Assembly: GCA_964016885.1 (NCBI GenBank)
Contig: OZ024742.1
Span: 141,050,001 to 141,114,000 of the forward strand
Direction of reading: 5' to 3'
From: Eledone cirrhosa
Lineage: Eukaryota
Length of the DNA stretch: 64,000 bases
In this document: positions 12,655 through 47,800 of the stretch, piece after piece
Numbering within the stretch: position 1 is the stretch's first letter
Layout: every line of letters begins with the position of its first letter
Made by a program: the position numbers and the translations under genes
The notes under the pieces: model-generated
The model's database searches: none
What the model saw: only the letters and a program-made list of their open reading frames with translations
What the model was told of the DNA's origin: nothing

Positions 12655-15600
12655 TCATAAGAAGTAACTAAAAGGGTTCACTCTAGCAATAAAACTTCTC
12701 TTCTTTGCCCACTTATTCCTGAGAGGGTGTGGGGGCAGAGTCCTCAAACACTCCTTCCAGCAGGTCTGTCTCTGGGTCTCCTGCCAGTTAGTTTTGTCCA
12801 TAAAATCTGTCCAGCGATTTTTTTCCTGAGACATTCTATCCACATGCCCATAGTATCGGAGTTGGGATCTCTCAATTCGGAGAAGTAGCGGCTCTACCTG
12901 GAGTGACTCTCTGATCTCCAAGCTATGCACTCTATTGAGTAAAATTACTCCAAAGACCCTTTATTACCCAAGATTCATGACCATAGGTAAGAGTTGGCAC
13001 AAATACCAAAGAAGATAACGAGTTTGGCTTTTACACCTACCACCAGCTTCATCAATTCTTGCACTTAATTGAGCCTCTTACCTTCCATCACTTGTGAACA
13101 TTGGCCCGAGTTACTTCTCAACATGCTTCAGTGAAACTCCACTCACATGTAGAGTGCACTACATAGGCTTCTTTGAGAAGACAAGTGTCTCAGTTTTCAC
13201 AGCACTGATTTTCATTCCAATCATGCAGCACTCAGCATCAAACCCATCAAATGCAAGTTAAAGATCACCTTCCGTCAAATTAAGTAACATCATCTTGTCT
13301 GCAAATTCTAGCCAACTGATTTTACACCCACTAGTCATGAAATCACTTCCAACCAAGCTGCATATATCAATCCTGTTCATGAAAATAATGAACAGGAGAG
13401 GTGACAGTATGCACCCTCGGCGAAGTCCAACTCCCACATTGAATGTTTTTGATTTAGCACCATTTATCTAAACATAAATACTGGAGCATTTAAATAGAGA
13501 CATTAGGGCAGCAAGAAGCTGACCATCAATCCCATACTCCTGCACAACCTTCCACAGTGAGCCCCGAGGAATGCAGTCATATGCCTTTTTGAGATCTACA
13601 AAACAAGAATATACCTCTTGGCAATACTCCCACGATTTCTCGAAAACCTGCCGCAGTGTGAATATTTGGTTTGTTGTGCTACACCCGGTGTGAAAACTGC
13701 TAGCTTGGACTCAACAATCCCCCTGCATCTCTTTACTTTACCAGACACTTAACATTGACTTTACCAGGGAGGCTTAACAAGGAGATCCTTCTGTAATTGG
13801 GACAATCTCTCTTGTCTCTCTTTTTGAAAATTGGGATTATCACTCCTGATTGCCATTGCTTAGGTGCTTTCTAGAGATCCAGGCCATCCAGCACACATGA
13901 ATCAGCCAGAGAATATCTTCTATATTTAAGCTCTTTAACATTGCTGGCCGGATTTCATCTTCCCCACTGGCCTTGTCACATTTGAGCTCTTTAACTGCTT
14001 TTGTGACCTCAGCCTCTGAGAGATTAGTTACTGCTCCCAGATGCACCTCATGTACATCAGAAGATGCTGTTGTGATCGGGTTCAGTAGATGAGCAAAGTA
14101 TTCTCTCCACCTTGCAAGGATGCTGCACCTCTCTGAAGAAAGGAAAACCCCAGATGCATTCTTGATAGCTGGTGTGCAGGCGGACTTCTAATTATAAAAT
14201 TGGAGGATAGTCTGCCAGAACACTTTATTTTCTGATCTGAAGGCAGATTCCAGCTTAACTCCAAATTCCTTCCATGTCTTAACTTTGGATGCCTTTATTG
14301 TCTCTATTGTGATTCATCATGCCTGCTCATACCGCAAGTGCAAGAAGGAGGTCTTATTTCCAAGTCAAGCTTTGTAGGCCTCCTTCTTTGCTCAAATGGC
14401 ATCTTTGACTTCTTGATTGAACCAAGGGTTCCTTATGTCATCCGTCTCCACACTAAGCCACTTTGCCTGCAACATTTAACAGCTGAAGCAGAAACTACTG
14501 AGCTGAATAATGTCCACTTTGTCTCAACATCTTCAGTTTGCTCAGGGAGTTCTCTGAATTTGGATGCAATACATCTGCATACCTGGTCCTGACTTCCTTA
14601 TTCACCAACGCTTCCACTTTATCTCGTAGGTCACCCTGGACCTGCCAGTTTTGTAAGTTTCTTTGGCTTTAGGTCTCAATTGGCAGATAACTAGATGGTG
14701 ATCAGTTGACAGAACATCCAGCACAGAATCAAAGACATCAGAGACAATAACAAAATCAATTATTGATCTCTGTCCCTGATTCCCATTATACCATGTATAT
14801 TTATGGATGTCTCTGTGCTGGAATAAGTTGTTCATAATAGAGAGTTCATTGCTAGAACAGAAGTTTAATAAGACCTCACCATTCGTATTTATATCAGGGT
14901 TGTCATTCCTTCCAATCACTCCTTTCCGTGTTAGGTAGTCAGTGCCAACATGTTCATTGAAGTCTCCCATAAGGATATATGACTCAGTCTTAACTACATC
15001 TAATGCTGCAGTGACTTCATCAAGGAAAGCTCTGTATTTGGACTCCTGTTTGATGCATAAACTTGCACCACCCTCAAAGACCTATCTTTTAGCCTAAGCT
15101 TAAAGAGGCAAATCCTCCCCCCTAATGGGATCCAGTCCATAACACATTCTGATAGCTTATGAGTATCTCCGCTTGTGCAGTAATTTCTGGCACCACACCT
15201 GAATAGTGGAGTTTCCATCCTTCATCCAAATCTACAGTATTAGAGCCATGGAATTTTGTTGAGGAAACCCTGACTATATTTAGCCAGTATCATTTATCCT
15301 CTTCCACTAGTTCCTGCTCCTTATCTGTAAGGGTTGTGATGTTCCAGGTTCCAATTGTCACGGTTTGCTCCCTTCCACCCTTCTTTGGGGTCTCAGGATA
15401 CACAATCTTTGTGCATCCATCCCACACCTCCCAGGACAGGTCGCAAGCTCATCGCCAGTTTTTGCAGCATGAAATGGAGACTGCAATATATTTTTCGAAC
15501 AGGCTCCACTTCCTAAGACATGAATGTGTCCCTTGTTAACCAGCACAAAGAACAATGCGGTATGGTTCTTTTATGTTCCTCTCACCATATTGCAGTTGCT

Positions 15601-15840
15601 GTTTCAGTGGTCTTATTCATGCCAGTCACTAATCTAGTAGTTTGTCAAACCTGCGTAGACTAGACTTTTTTAGAGACGGCCTTTATCATAGCTACATCAC
15701 TGTATGTCACCCATTGCTCCATCTCCCCTAGTAGTTTACCACTGTGTATCCGGGATTGCTTATTCGTCCGGCAGTTTCCCATTTATATCACAACTAACCA
15801 TCATATCTGGTGGCTGTATCACTATCTGCCACCTGCGACC
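12655..15840 (-). mobile_element. Near full-length decayed RTE (BovB/Expander-like) LINE
   Basis: APE motifs MGDFNEHVG, RSIIDFVIVS and STDHHLV; RT pieces KASGEDEIRPAMLK and SQLRYYGHVDRM; many disablements. Confidence 0.85.
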
Positions 15841-16524
15841 TGTTCTCTAGCAGAACAGCTCTGCAAAACTATAAACCATTGACTAAAAAAGCACCACATG
15901 GGGCCCACAAAGCTAACCCTTGTTTTAGAAGGGAAAAATCACTTTAAAATGCTTGCTGTATTGTTAGTGAGGTCAACTTTGCTTTTCATCCCTTCGAGAT
16001 AAAAAAAAAGTACCAGTCTAGAGGGTTAATCTTTCTCTTTCTTGCTTCCTCTCTTTCACTTTCTATTCTTCTATGGAAGAAATCTGCTGTGTTCAAACAT
16101 GGAGAGGATTGGGCTCCACCAGACTTAAAATGTCCAAGAATTGCTGTAAGCTATTTTGACTCCATCAGGAGTTACGGGACCATACCTTATTATACCATTG
16201 TTATAACAAGTCGTCTCAGACAAAAGTAAAAACATTTGATTTTATTTGCCCACAACACAGTTACAAATGTCATAACATACATTGGTGAGATTTGAACAGG
16301 GGTTTAGTAGTCAGTTGAAAATGCATCTCCAAAATAGTTTTCTATAAACACGTGTTTCTTTTTAAATATAGAAAAGATATTTAGATACGAAAGTATGAGA
16401 ATACAATACAAAATCCTAAAAAAAAAATAAAATTCCAGGTAACCAACAGGAAAATAGTAAAAAATCATCTTGATTCAAACAGCTAAACCTGCCCTTAAAC
16501 CACAGGTAAAAAAATGCAATAACT

Positions 16525-16570
<46 letters not shown>

Positions 16571-16693
16571 TACACACACCGATATCAAGAATATGAAAAA
16601 ACTTAATTTTTCAAATATGACACTTCTTTCCATCCGTAGAAGCTCCAAATTTTGCTTTCGTATTGTTCTTAACCTCGCATAATGTTTGTAAAC

Positions 16694-39542
<22,849 letters not shown>

Positions 39543-39800
39543 AATTTCACAACACTCATCAGAACTGGGCTAAATCTGATCTTCTCTATACTGACGATTG
39601 TCAATATATTTTCTAGTGAATATGTAAAAGAGCAAAAATAATTATATATACATATGTAACACTTCTCTCTTATCAAAGTTATTATCCCCATTGCCAAAAA
39701 GATAATACTACTACTACTATATAATCAGTATGGCCCCAACACTGGTATTTCGCTAATTTAGTTTACAAAATTTGTTTTCCTTTGACAAACTTTATGTATA

Positions 39801-40116
39801 CAGGTACAGAGCCAGTTATCCAGCAAGCTTAGAACCAGAGCTGGTCAGAATTTCCTGATTTCTGTATATATGCTAAATATATAGTTGAAATATAAAATAA
39901 AGAATGAAACAGCATTTAAGAGATACAATACACTTCTAAAGTATATTGATCTTGATTAATCTATTTAAAACCCTTCAAATTGCAGTGGCATGCAAGTGTG
40001 ATACATATGTTACAGAAAAAAAAACAAAATTGTGCAGTGCTGGCATGCCAAATTCAAAACTAGCCAGTTTAAAAAAAAGCTGGTTTTCTGGAAACCAATA
40101 AATGGTCCTGCACCTG
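39801..40116. mobile_element. TA-flanked MITE (Tc1/pogo-like) downstream of the TRIM23 stop
   Basis: TA|CAGGTACAGAGCC ... GGTCCTGCACCTG|TA imperfect TIRs. Confidence 0.6.
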
Positions 40117-40155
40117 TATTAACATATTAACACAGCAGGGCAATATCTTCTTTTC

Positions 40156-40186
<31 letters not shown>

Positions 40187-41688
40187 TCTCTGCATTTTAT
40201 TTTATTTTGATATCCAGCTCAAGTTTGATATCACCTTTCCTAAATACTGAAAAAAATTCAAGTATTTTGTTATTGTTTTGTTTTATAATAGACATATTTC
40301 GTTGGAAGCTTTCAATTTTTTTATTTTTTTATTTTTTTTTTTATTTGCAGATTTTTATAATGCCCACTAATTTATGTCATTGATCTGTGAACAGATCATC
40401 TGGCGATTGAACAAACCCTTACTAGCTTATTGTGGCTGATATTGTATCTTACAGTGTGTATATATTTCCATCTAGGGATATTACAGTATTATTCATTATT
40501 AGCTCCCTTTACAAGCTCATGCCTGATTATGTTCATAATAAATTATTTGAATTCCTTTATATTTTTTATTTATTTCAGTGAATTGGCAGAGTCATTGGGG
40601 TGTCAAATTTGATGCCTCAGTATTTGTTTCTGCTCCGTGCTCTCATCTCAGGGTTGAACAGGCTCCTTTCTGATAACCTCTGTTCTGAATTAAAATCCAG
40701 TCTCCTTCTGTCAGTTGTTACCGGCAGACAGTATTAGCAATAGAAAGACTAATGGAAACATTTGGTTAGGTCTGACAACTGGTTCTTTCCTTTTTTTTTT
40801 TTTTTTCTTTTCTTTCATATTATAGTGTTTGGTATACTGAAATCACAGTGAGTTATATAAATGTTTTGTGGTCTTTGACGACAGAATGTGCTGAATGAAT
40901 CAGTCCATTTTACAGAGCTCATTTATGTCCCAATTGAAGTGAGCTGGGAGGTGATTTGCAGGCCAAGGATACCAGATGTTTCCATCACTATAAGATTGAC
41001 AAGAAACTTATCAGAGAGAAGCTGATACTCTGTGAACTTGCAATTCTCAGCCATCAGGTGATGAAGCCTAGGGCTGATCTGAATTTCCTCAAATTTCTGT
41101 TGCAGAAAGTATCACAGCAAAATTGTGATGCTGTTTTCTTGAGCTAACTGCAACAGTTCTAGATGAGATAGGAAGTCAGTTATATCATCATCATTCACAT
41201 CTGCTTTCTCTGCTAGTTGGAGTGGAGCTACTGACCACTCATATAGGCCAGAGGCTAACATATGTTCCCGCATTCTATCCAAATACATTTTGCCGTGGCA
41301 CCAGCTCTTAGGTTTTCATATCTTTGTCACAGCTGAAAAGTCCTTCCAGCCCTTTATGACATGGTCAAGGAATGTGGCAGATGCTGAGGCAACCTGACAA
41401 CAGGTAAGGTCTAAAAACGTCTATTGTAGACCGGCAACAGTATTTGTGTTACTAACAGATTTGAAAACCAAACCTGAGTGAAATGCCCATTTGGTGACAG
41501 TTATCTAAAAACTCTCCATCATAATTTTATGTTATGCTTTGAACACAAGCTTAATAATGAGAAAATTAGTTACAGTACTAAATCCCTCCAAATTCTTGAT
41601 TATTTCAAAATTATAGGCAATGTCATTTGTTAAAGATATGGTAAGTAAAGAGTTAGAAAAAGTAAAAACAAATATGAAAGTTTTCATT

Positions 41689-41694
41689 TTTATT
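41689..41694 (-). promoter_or_regulatory. Candidate CDKAL1 polyadenylation signal AATAAA
   Basis: TTTATT on the plus strand about 20 nt past the CDKAL1 stop, followed on the minus strand by U-rich sequence. Confidence 0.45.
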
Positions 41695-41714
41695 AAAATT
41701 TATACATGTTAAAG

Positions 41715-41834
41715 TTATTGTATGGAATACCACTGCCAAGCTTTGATGAAGGAAGCAGTGATAAGAAACAGGACAGCCAGGGTCAAAAGCACTTTCTCCA
41801 TATAGATAGGAAACATTTTGGATGTGTGTACAGG
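41715..41834 (-). CDS. CDKAL1: CDKAL1 terminal exon (tail-anchor TM)
   Basis: TTTTTTTGTAG acceptor; [39 protein letters not shown] then TAA. Confidence 0.8.
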   Translation of the reverse strand, partial: PVHTSKMFPIYMEKVLLTLAVLFLITASFIKAWQWYSIQ

Positions 41835-44800
41835 CTACAAAAAAAACAACATATCATCATGTGACATACAAGTCAGTACTCAGGCAGGGCTACTGATTTC
41901 TCAGATGGGCTGGGGGGCCTGCATTTCACATAGGATCCTATGCTCTACCATTTTATTGTAACACCACTAATTGGAATGTTATGTCTTTGACACAGCTGAA
42001 GGGTCTTCCCGAGCCTTTGTTTAGTAGGTTTTCTATAGCTGGTTGCCCTTCCTATCCCCAACAACTTTACAAAGTGTACTAAGGAGATTATCATATCCTT
42101 GACACAACTAAAGAAATATTCTCAAACTGAACAAAAAAAAAAAATAGCCCAAAACAAATTTCCTTACAGTAATCATTTTCTCATGGTACCTTCTGCCTTA
42201 TTTCTAATTTGACTCCCAATTTACTAAGAATGCACAATTAAAGGCAAGATTGTGGAGTTAAGAAGTCTACTTCAGAATCACATGGTTTCAGGTTCAGTCC
42301 CACTATGTGGTATCTAGGACAAGTGTTTTCTACTCTGGTCCTGATTAATGGAAACTAACTGTCAAATCAATAACATCTCTAAAAAGCAATTGGTGATACC
42401 ATTTATATCCACCATAAACAATATTTCCTGCAGAATTGGTAGAATAATAGACTTGTGATTCCCAAGACAAACTCACTAGCATTAGTGCTATGATAAAATG
42501 CACCTAGTACAGAGTCATAGTGAGGATACTACAAAGTCTCTGGTGTTGGTACCATGATAAAAAAAAAAACACTCTGTACACTGTAAAGTGGCATAGAAAG
42601 CAAGTCAAAAATAGAACAAACAAGCAAGACAAGGTCTTCTAACTGATCTAGTCACAAACTGTGATAATCTGTCCAACCAATATCATCATCATACGTCTGC
42701 TTTCCCCTGCTTGCAAGGGTGAGACGGGAACTGATTCTGGCTTGATTTCTACAGCTGGATGCCCTTCCTAACACCAACCTCATTTACAGTGAGTGCTGGG
42801 TGCCTTTTTTCCGTGGCGCCTACATGTCCACTTTACAGTGTGGGCTGGGTGCTTTTTTGCCGTGGCACCTCCACGACCACTTTGCAGTGGGATGATAGGG
42901 ACCCCAGTCCTATCATTTCATTTCTACAGCTGAGTAAACTGGAGCAATGTGAAATAAAGTGTCTTGCTCAAGGAAACAAGAGCACATGGAAAACGGATGT
43001 AAAATTATGATGTTGGACATTCAATTTTAAAACTGCTTGAACGATTCAAGCAGAATATCCAGATTTTGCAGAACTACACAAGATATTCCAAGAGAGAATA
43101 AAAACAGCAAAAACAAAACCTATATGATTTAAATAAGTTTTGATTTTCTTACCTTTAATACAGGTTTAACTCCAGAAACAACACCTTTTGCTTTGGGAGG
43201 AGGAACGTTTAATGTGTGGATATTTTGTGGACCAAGGACGCAGCATTTCAAAAAATGTTTACCCGTTGAAGTAATTTCAACTTTAATAGATTTACCCATG
43301 TAATCTTCATCTTTTGCAACTAATACCTATACAGAAATAAAGAAAAAAAAAAATTAAAATTTCTGAGATACAAAATCTAAAACATAGCTTAAAGTATGAA
43401 ATATATATATATATATAACCCATGCAATGGAAAAAATATACATTAAATTATGATGATGATTTACATATATCATCAACATTTAATGTTCATTTTCCATGCT
43501 TGCATGGGTTAGATGAGCTGCCAAGTTGTGAGACAAGCCAGATTGGATGAGTGTCTTTTGCTCACACAGAACTGATTTTGGCTTGATTTCTACAGCTGTA
43601 TGCCCTTCCAAACACCAATCACATTTACAGTGTAGACTGGGTGCTTTTTGTTGTGACACCTACACAACCATTTTATAGTGTGGGTCGGACACTTTTTGTC
43701 ATGTCATCAACAAAACCATTTTACAGTGTGAGCTGGGTGCTTTTTGTCATGACCACTTTATATATATATATCTCATCATCAATTAAAGTCCATTTTTTCC
43801 TGGTAGTAAGTGGGATGGGTTATCACTGGTCAAGTCAGTACTTAATCTAAGCTTCTAACCTCATATGGGCCAGGTGGACATTTTGCTTACATACATACCC
43901 ACTCTGCAGAATGGCATCAGCACTAAAGATGTTGTCATGTTTTTGACAAAGCTGAAGAGTCTTCCTGACCCTTTGTTTGGCAATTGTTCTATGACTGGGT
44001 GCCCTATCACTAACCACTTTACAGAGTGTAGTGTGTTTATAATGTAAATCCGCCCAGCTCTTTTTTAACATGGTTTCTACAGCTAGATGTCCTACTTATT
44101 GTCAACCACATTACAAAGTGTACTGGCCATATTTTTCATGGCACCAGTACTACATAAACACATTTAAGTCTTCGGAGTGAAATTGAATAGACAGAAACTG
44201 TATGGAAGCCTATCAAATGGATTGTGTTTGTAATTCAAAGATTGAGCCTTGTCACAAACGGATGTAAAAATGATGATAATGATGTATACATGTCTGTGAA
44301 AACCTCAACCACTTACAAGTTAATTCACAAGTTGGACATTGAGTTGATTGAATAACTGAATGCTCATCATCAAAACCAATGGCAACTCCATCAATTTATG
44401 TCAGTAAATGTGAAAATGTATTTAAGAATTTGTAATATTTATTAAAATACAAACCTGCTCATAATACTTATTGTGTCCAACATAAAAATTTTGGTCATGT
44501 GATATTTCTGTCACCAGCACATTGTGTTTTTCACCAACCTATAACAGATGGTTTTAGTTATATAATATACTACAACTTATAATATAAGAACAAAAAAATG
44601 GTTTCTTTTATTTAGAGATTGATCACTGAAAAAAAAAAAATGGTTTGTATAAATGTATTTAATAAAAGTTGCTGTATGTATCTGGTTTAAAATAAGTGCA
44701 CCCTGACCCTGCATATTGTAAGATGTGACTAAAATGGTTGGCATCAGGAAGAGCATCTGGTCATAAAACATTGCCTCAAACGGACCCTATGTTGAGTACA

Positions 44801-47800
44801 AAACTTCTCATGAGGCCCACATAGTTAACTCCAACTTAAAATGCTTGATGATGTAAAGATACATTTTTTAAATGTGATTCAGGTTTTTGCTGTAGGCATT
44901 ACCTCCCCCTCCTCATATCACCACTATTACTACTGGGTTGGCTCTGAAAATTGAGAAGAGTAAAAAACAATCTATATTCTCAAGAGTGTGGACTGTCTAT
45001 TGAAAATAATTATTGATCAAGTAAGTATTGGTTTCATACCTGTAATTAATATATATATATATAATACCTGATATGTTGGTTGGCTGGTCTGGTGTCTGAT
45101 GTCACCCTTAACATATAAAGGGAGGAGGAGTATGCATATTGAACGGAGTGGCAGGTAGAGAGAGAGCTAATGAAGTGAGCAAACACTGGAAAGCATGTAC
45201 ACATACACTAGTAGCTGATTAACACACTTTACATTAGAGTAACATTAACCTTAATGTAATGATTTCTACTATAGGCACAAGGCCAGCAACAATTTGGGGG
45301 AGGAACAAGTCGATTGAATCGATCTTAGTGCATTACTAGTGCTTTATTTTATTGACCCTGTACAGATGAAAGGCAAAGCTAACCTCGACAGGATTTGAAC
45401 TCAGAACGCAACTCAATGCTGTGAAGCATATTGTCTGACGTTCTACCGATACTGCCAATCTACTCCCCTCTTTAATATAATTGTTTCTACTTTTGGCACA
45501 AGACCAGCAATTATCCAAGTGCATTACTGGCGCTTTTTATCGACTCCCTAAGGGTTAAAGGCAAAGTTAATCTAATGGAAGCTAGGTACTTGGTGTGCTT
45601 CTTGATGTTAGATGTCATGTTTGATAAAATATAGAGAGCGGATGAGAGCGAAAGAGTACAAAGGAGATACAGTGAGAAAATTAAAAGTATGGGTTGAAGT
45701 AGTAGCATATACACTGTGCGAAGTGTCAGGTAGAGAGTGGAAATAGATACGTGCACACACACATGTAAATGTCGTCTGCTGAGAAAATGAAGTTAACATT
45801 TTCACTTAACCTTTCATAAGCAAAGTCTTATTATAATGTTGTGGATGTGATTCGAGCGAAAACGTTGATGTTTCTTGGTTTGGTTTTATTTATTTTCGCC
45901 ATTGTGGCGTAACTTTTAAACCAATTCAAGTAACGACCAAAGGGAAAGAAGTTGTGCAGGCATTCTACTGTATATTTCAAGATTTACTTTCCTTAGAATG
46001 TTAAATTGATTTGTTTATTATTCCATTGATTTGCAATTCCGTTCACTAGGTCCATGAAACAACATCCATATGTTTGTCAGTTCAAAGAGGCAGAAGGAAA
46101 GAACGTGATAACCTTTCATTGGTTGATTCGTGTTGTTAATCACCCGTGGAAAAAAGGATGTAAAAACGATGATGATGATATATATATATATATCATCATC
46201 GTTTAACATCTATCTTCCACGCTAGCATGGGTTAGACGGGAATTGTCCCATTTGAGGTAAGATTGGGCGGGTGACCATGTCTCACTTGTATAGGACTATC
46301 TGGCAGGTTTTCTACGGCTAGATGCCCTTTCTAACACCAACCACATTTACAGTGTGGACTGGGAACTTTTTACTGTGTTAGCTACACGACCACATGCTCT
46401 GTAGCCTAAATAGAGCACTCTCTTTTCCTTTACCTTTCCTATGGGAATACTTCATTTATATATATATATATATAAAATAAAAAAATATTTTCCAAATGAG
46501 AATATATATATATATAAATGTTTATGTTTATATAATCTGAGTCAGGCAATAATTTCTCCCTTTTTCGTTGCATAATTTTTTTTTTATTTCACCTTTTATT
46601 TCGTTTAATCTTTGTTTTTCATTTCCTTTTCTGTTTAATTTTTGATTTTGTATAATTTTGACTTTTCCGATCATTTAATTTTCGATTCTGTTATATTATA
46701 TTTCCCTTTCATTTTTTATTTCATCGAATTTCGATTTCGTAGTGATTTGTGGGGTTGTATTAACTTTTGATTATGTTAAATTTTTTATTCCGTTCTTTTT
46801 TCGTCGAATTTTGATTTCATTTAGTTTTTAATTTTGTACAGTTTGGGGGTTGTTTTTAGATATTTGAAGGACTATTTCATCAAAGATAATCATGTACATG
46901 GCATTATCTAAATTAATTTCGTGTTTTAATAAATGTTCCTAGAATTGTTCTTAGATTTTAATTCAGTCTTTTTTTTCCATTTGAATTATTTAAAAAAAAT
47001 GAGCGTAACGTGTCAGCACAGCTCGTGTATATATATATATAACATACAGAGAGTGAGAGGGGGAAGAAGAAAGAAAGATATAGAGAGGGAGTGAGAGAGA
47101 AAAAAAATTATATATATAACTTAATGTTGGCACTCTCAGAGGTAGATCTGCTGTAATAGCGGAGATGCTGGAGAGAAGGCATGTGGATGTGTGCTGCGTG
47201 CAAGAGGTGAGATGGAGAGGTGCCTTTGCGAGACTAGTCGTAGGCAAACATCTTAGCTATAAGCTTTTCTGGGTAGGTAAGGATGATGGGTTAGGGGGAG
47301 TAGGCATTTTCCTGGCTGAGAGATGGATCAATAAGACAATAGAGGTAGTTCGAGTTAGTGATCGAGTAATTAAGCTTAGATTAGTTGTAGGCAGGAGACT
47401 ACTGACAATCATCTCTGCCTATGCTCCACAAGCAGGCCTAGGCAAAGAAGAGAAAGACTGCTTTTACGAGCAACTTTTACAAACAACCGCAATGACAGAC
47501 AGAGACATCGTTATGCTAGCAGGGGACTTCAATGGTCATGTTGGACAGCTCCAGGATGGTTACACTGGGGTACATGGTGGGCACAGTTACGGCTCAAGAA
47601 CATACACACATGTATACCATGACTCATACACTATTCACTTCCCTGACATTTGTGTATTATTCTATGTACTATACATGCACCTTTGACGAGTTGTAGTGCA
47701 CCTGAGCACTTTACACAATAATTTCATTATTATTATAAAAAGGAGTGAGACTTCTTAAATTTTGTGATGCAAGTACACTGACTATTTGCAACACTAACTT

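Noticed and set aside
16060-16130. Repeat shared with 60045-60120, considered as a hammerhead variant
   Set aside because: Lacks the CUGANGA and GAAA core; it is only an unclassified dispersed repeat.
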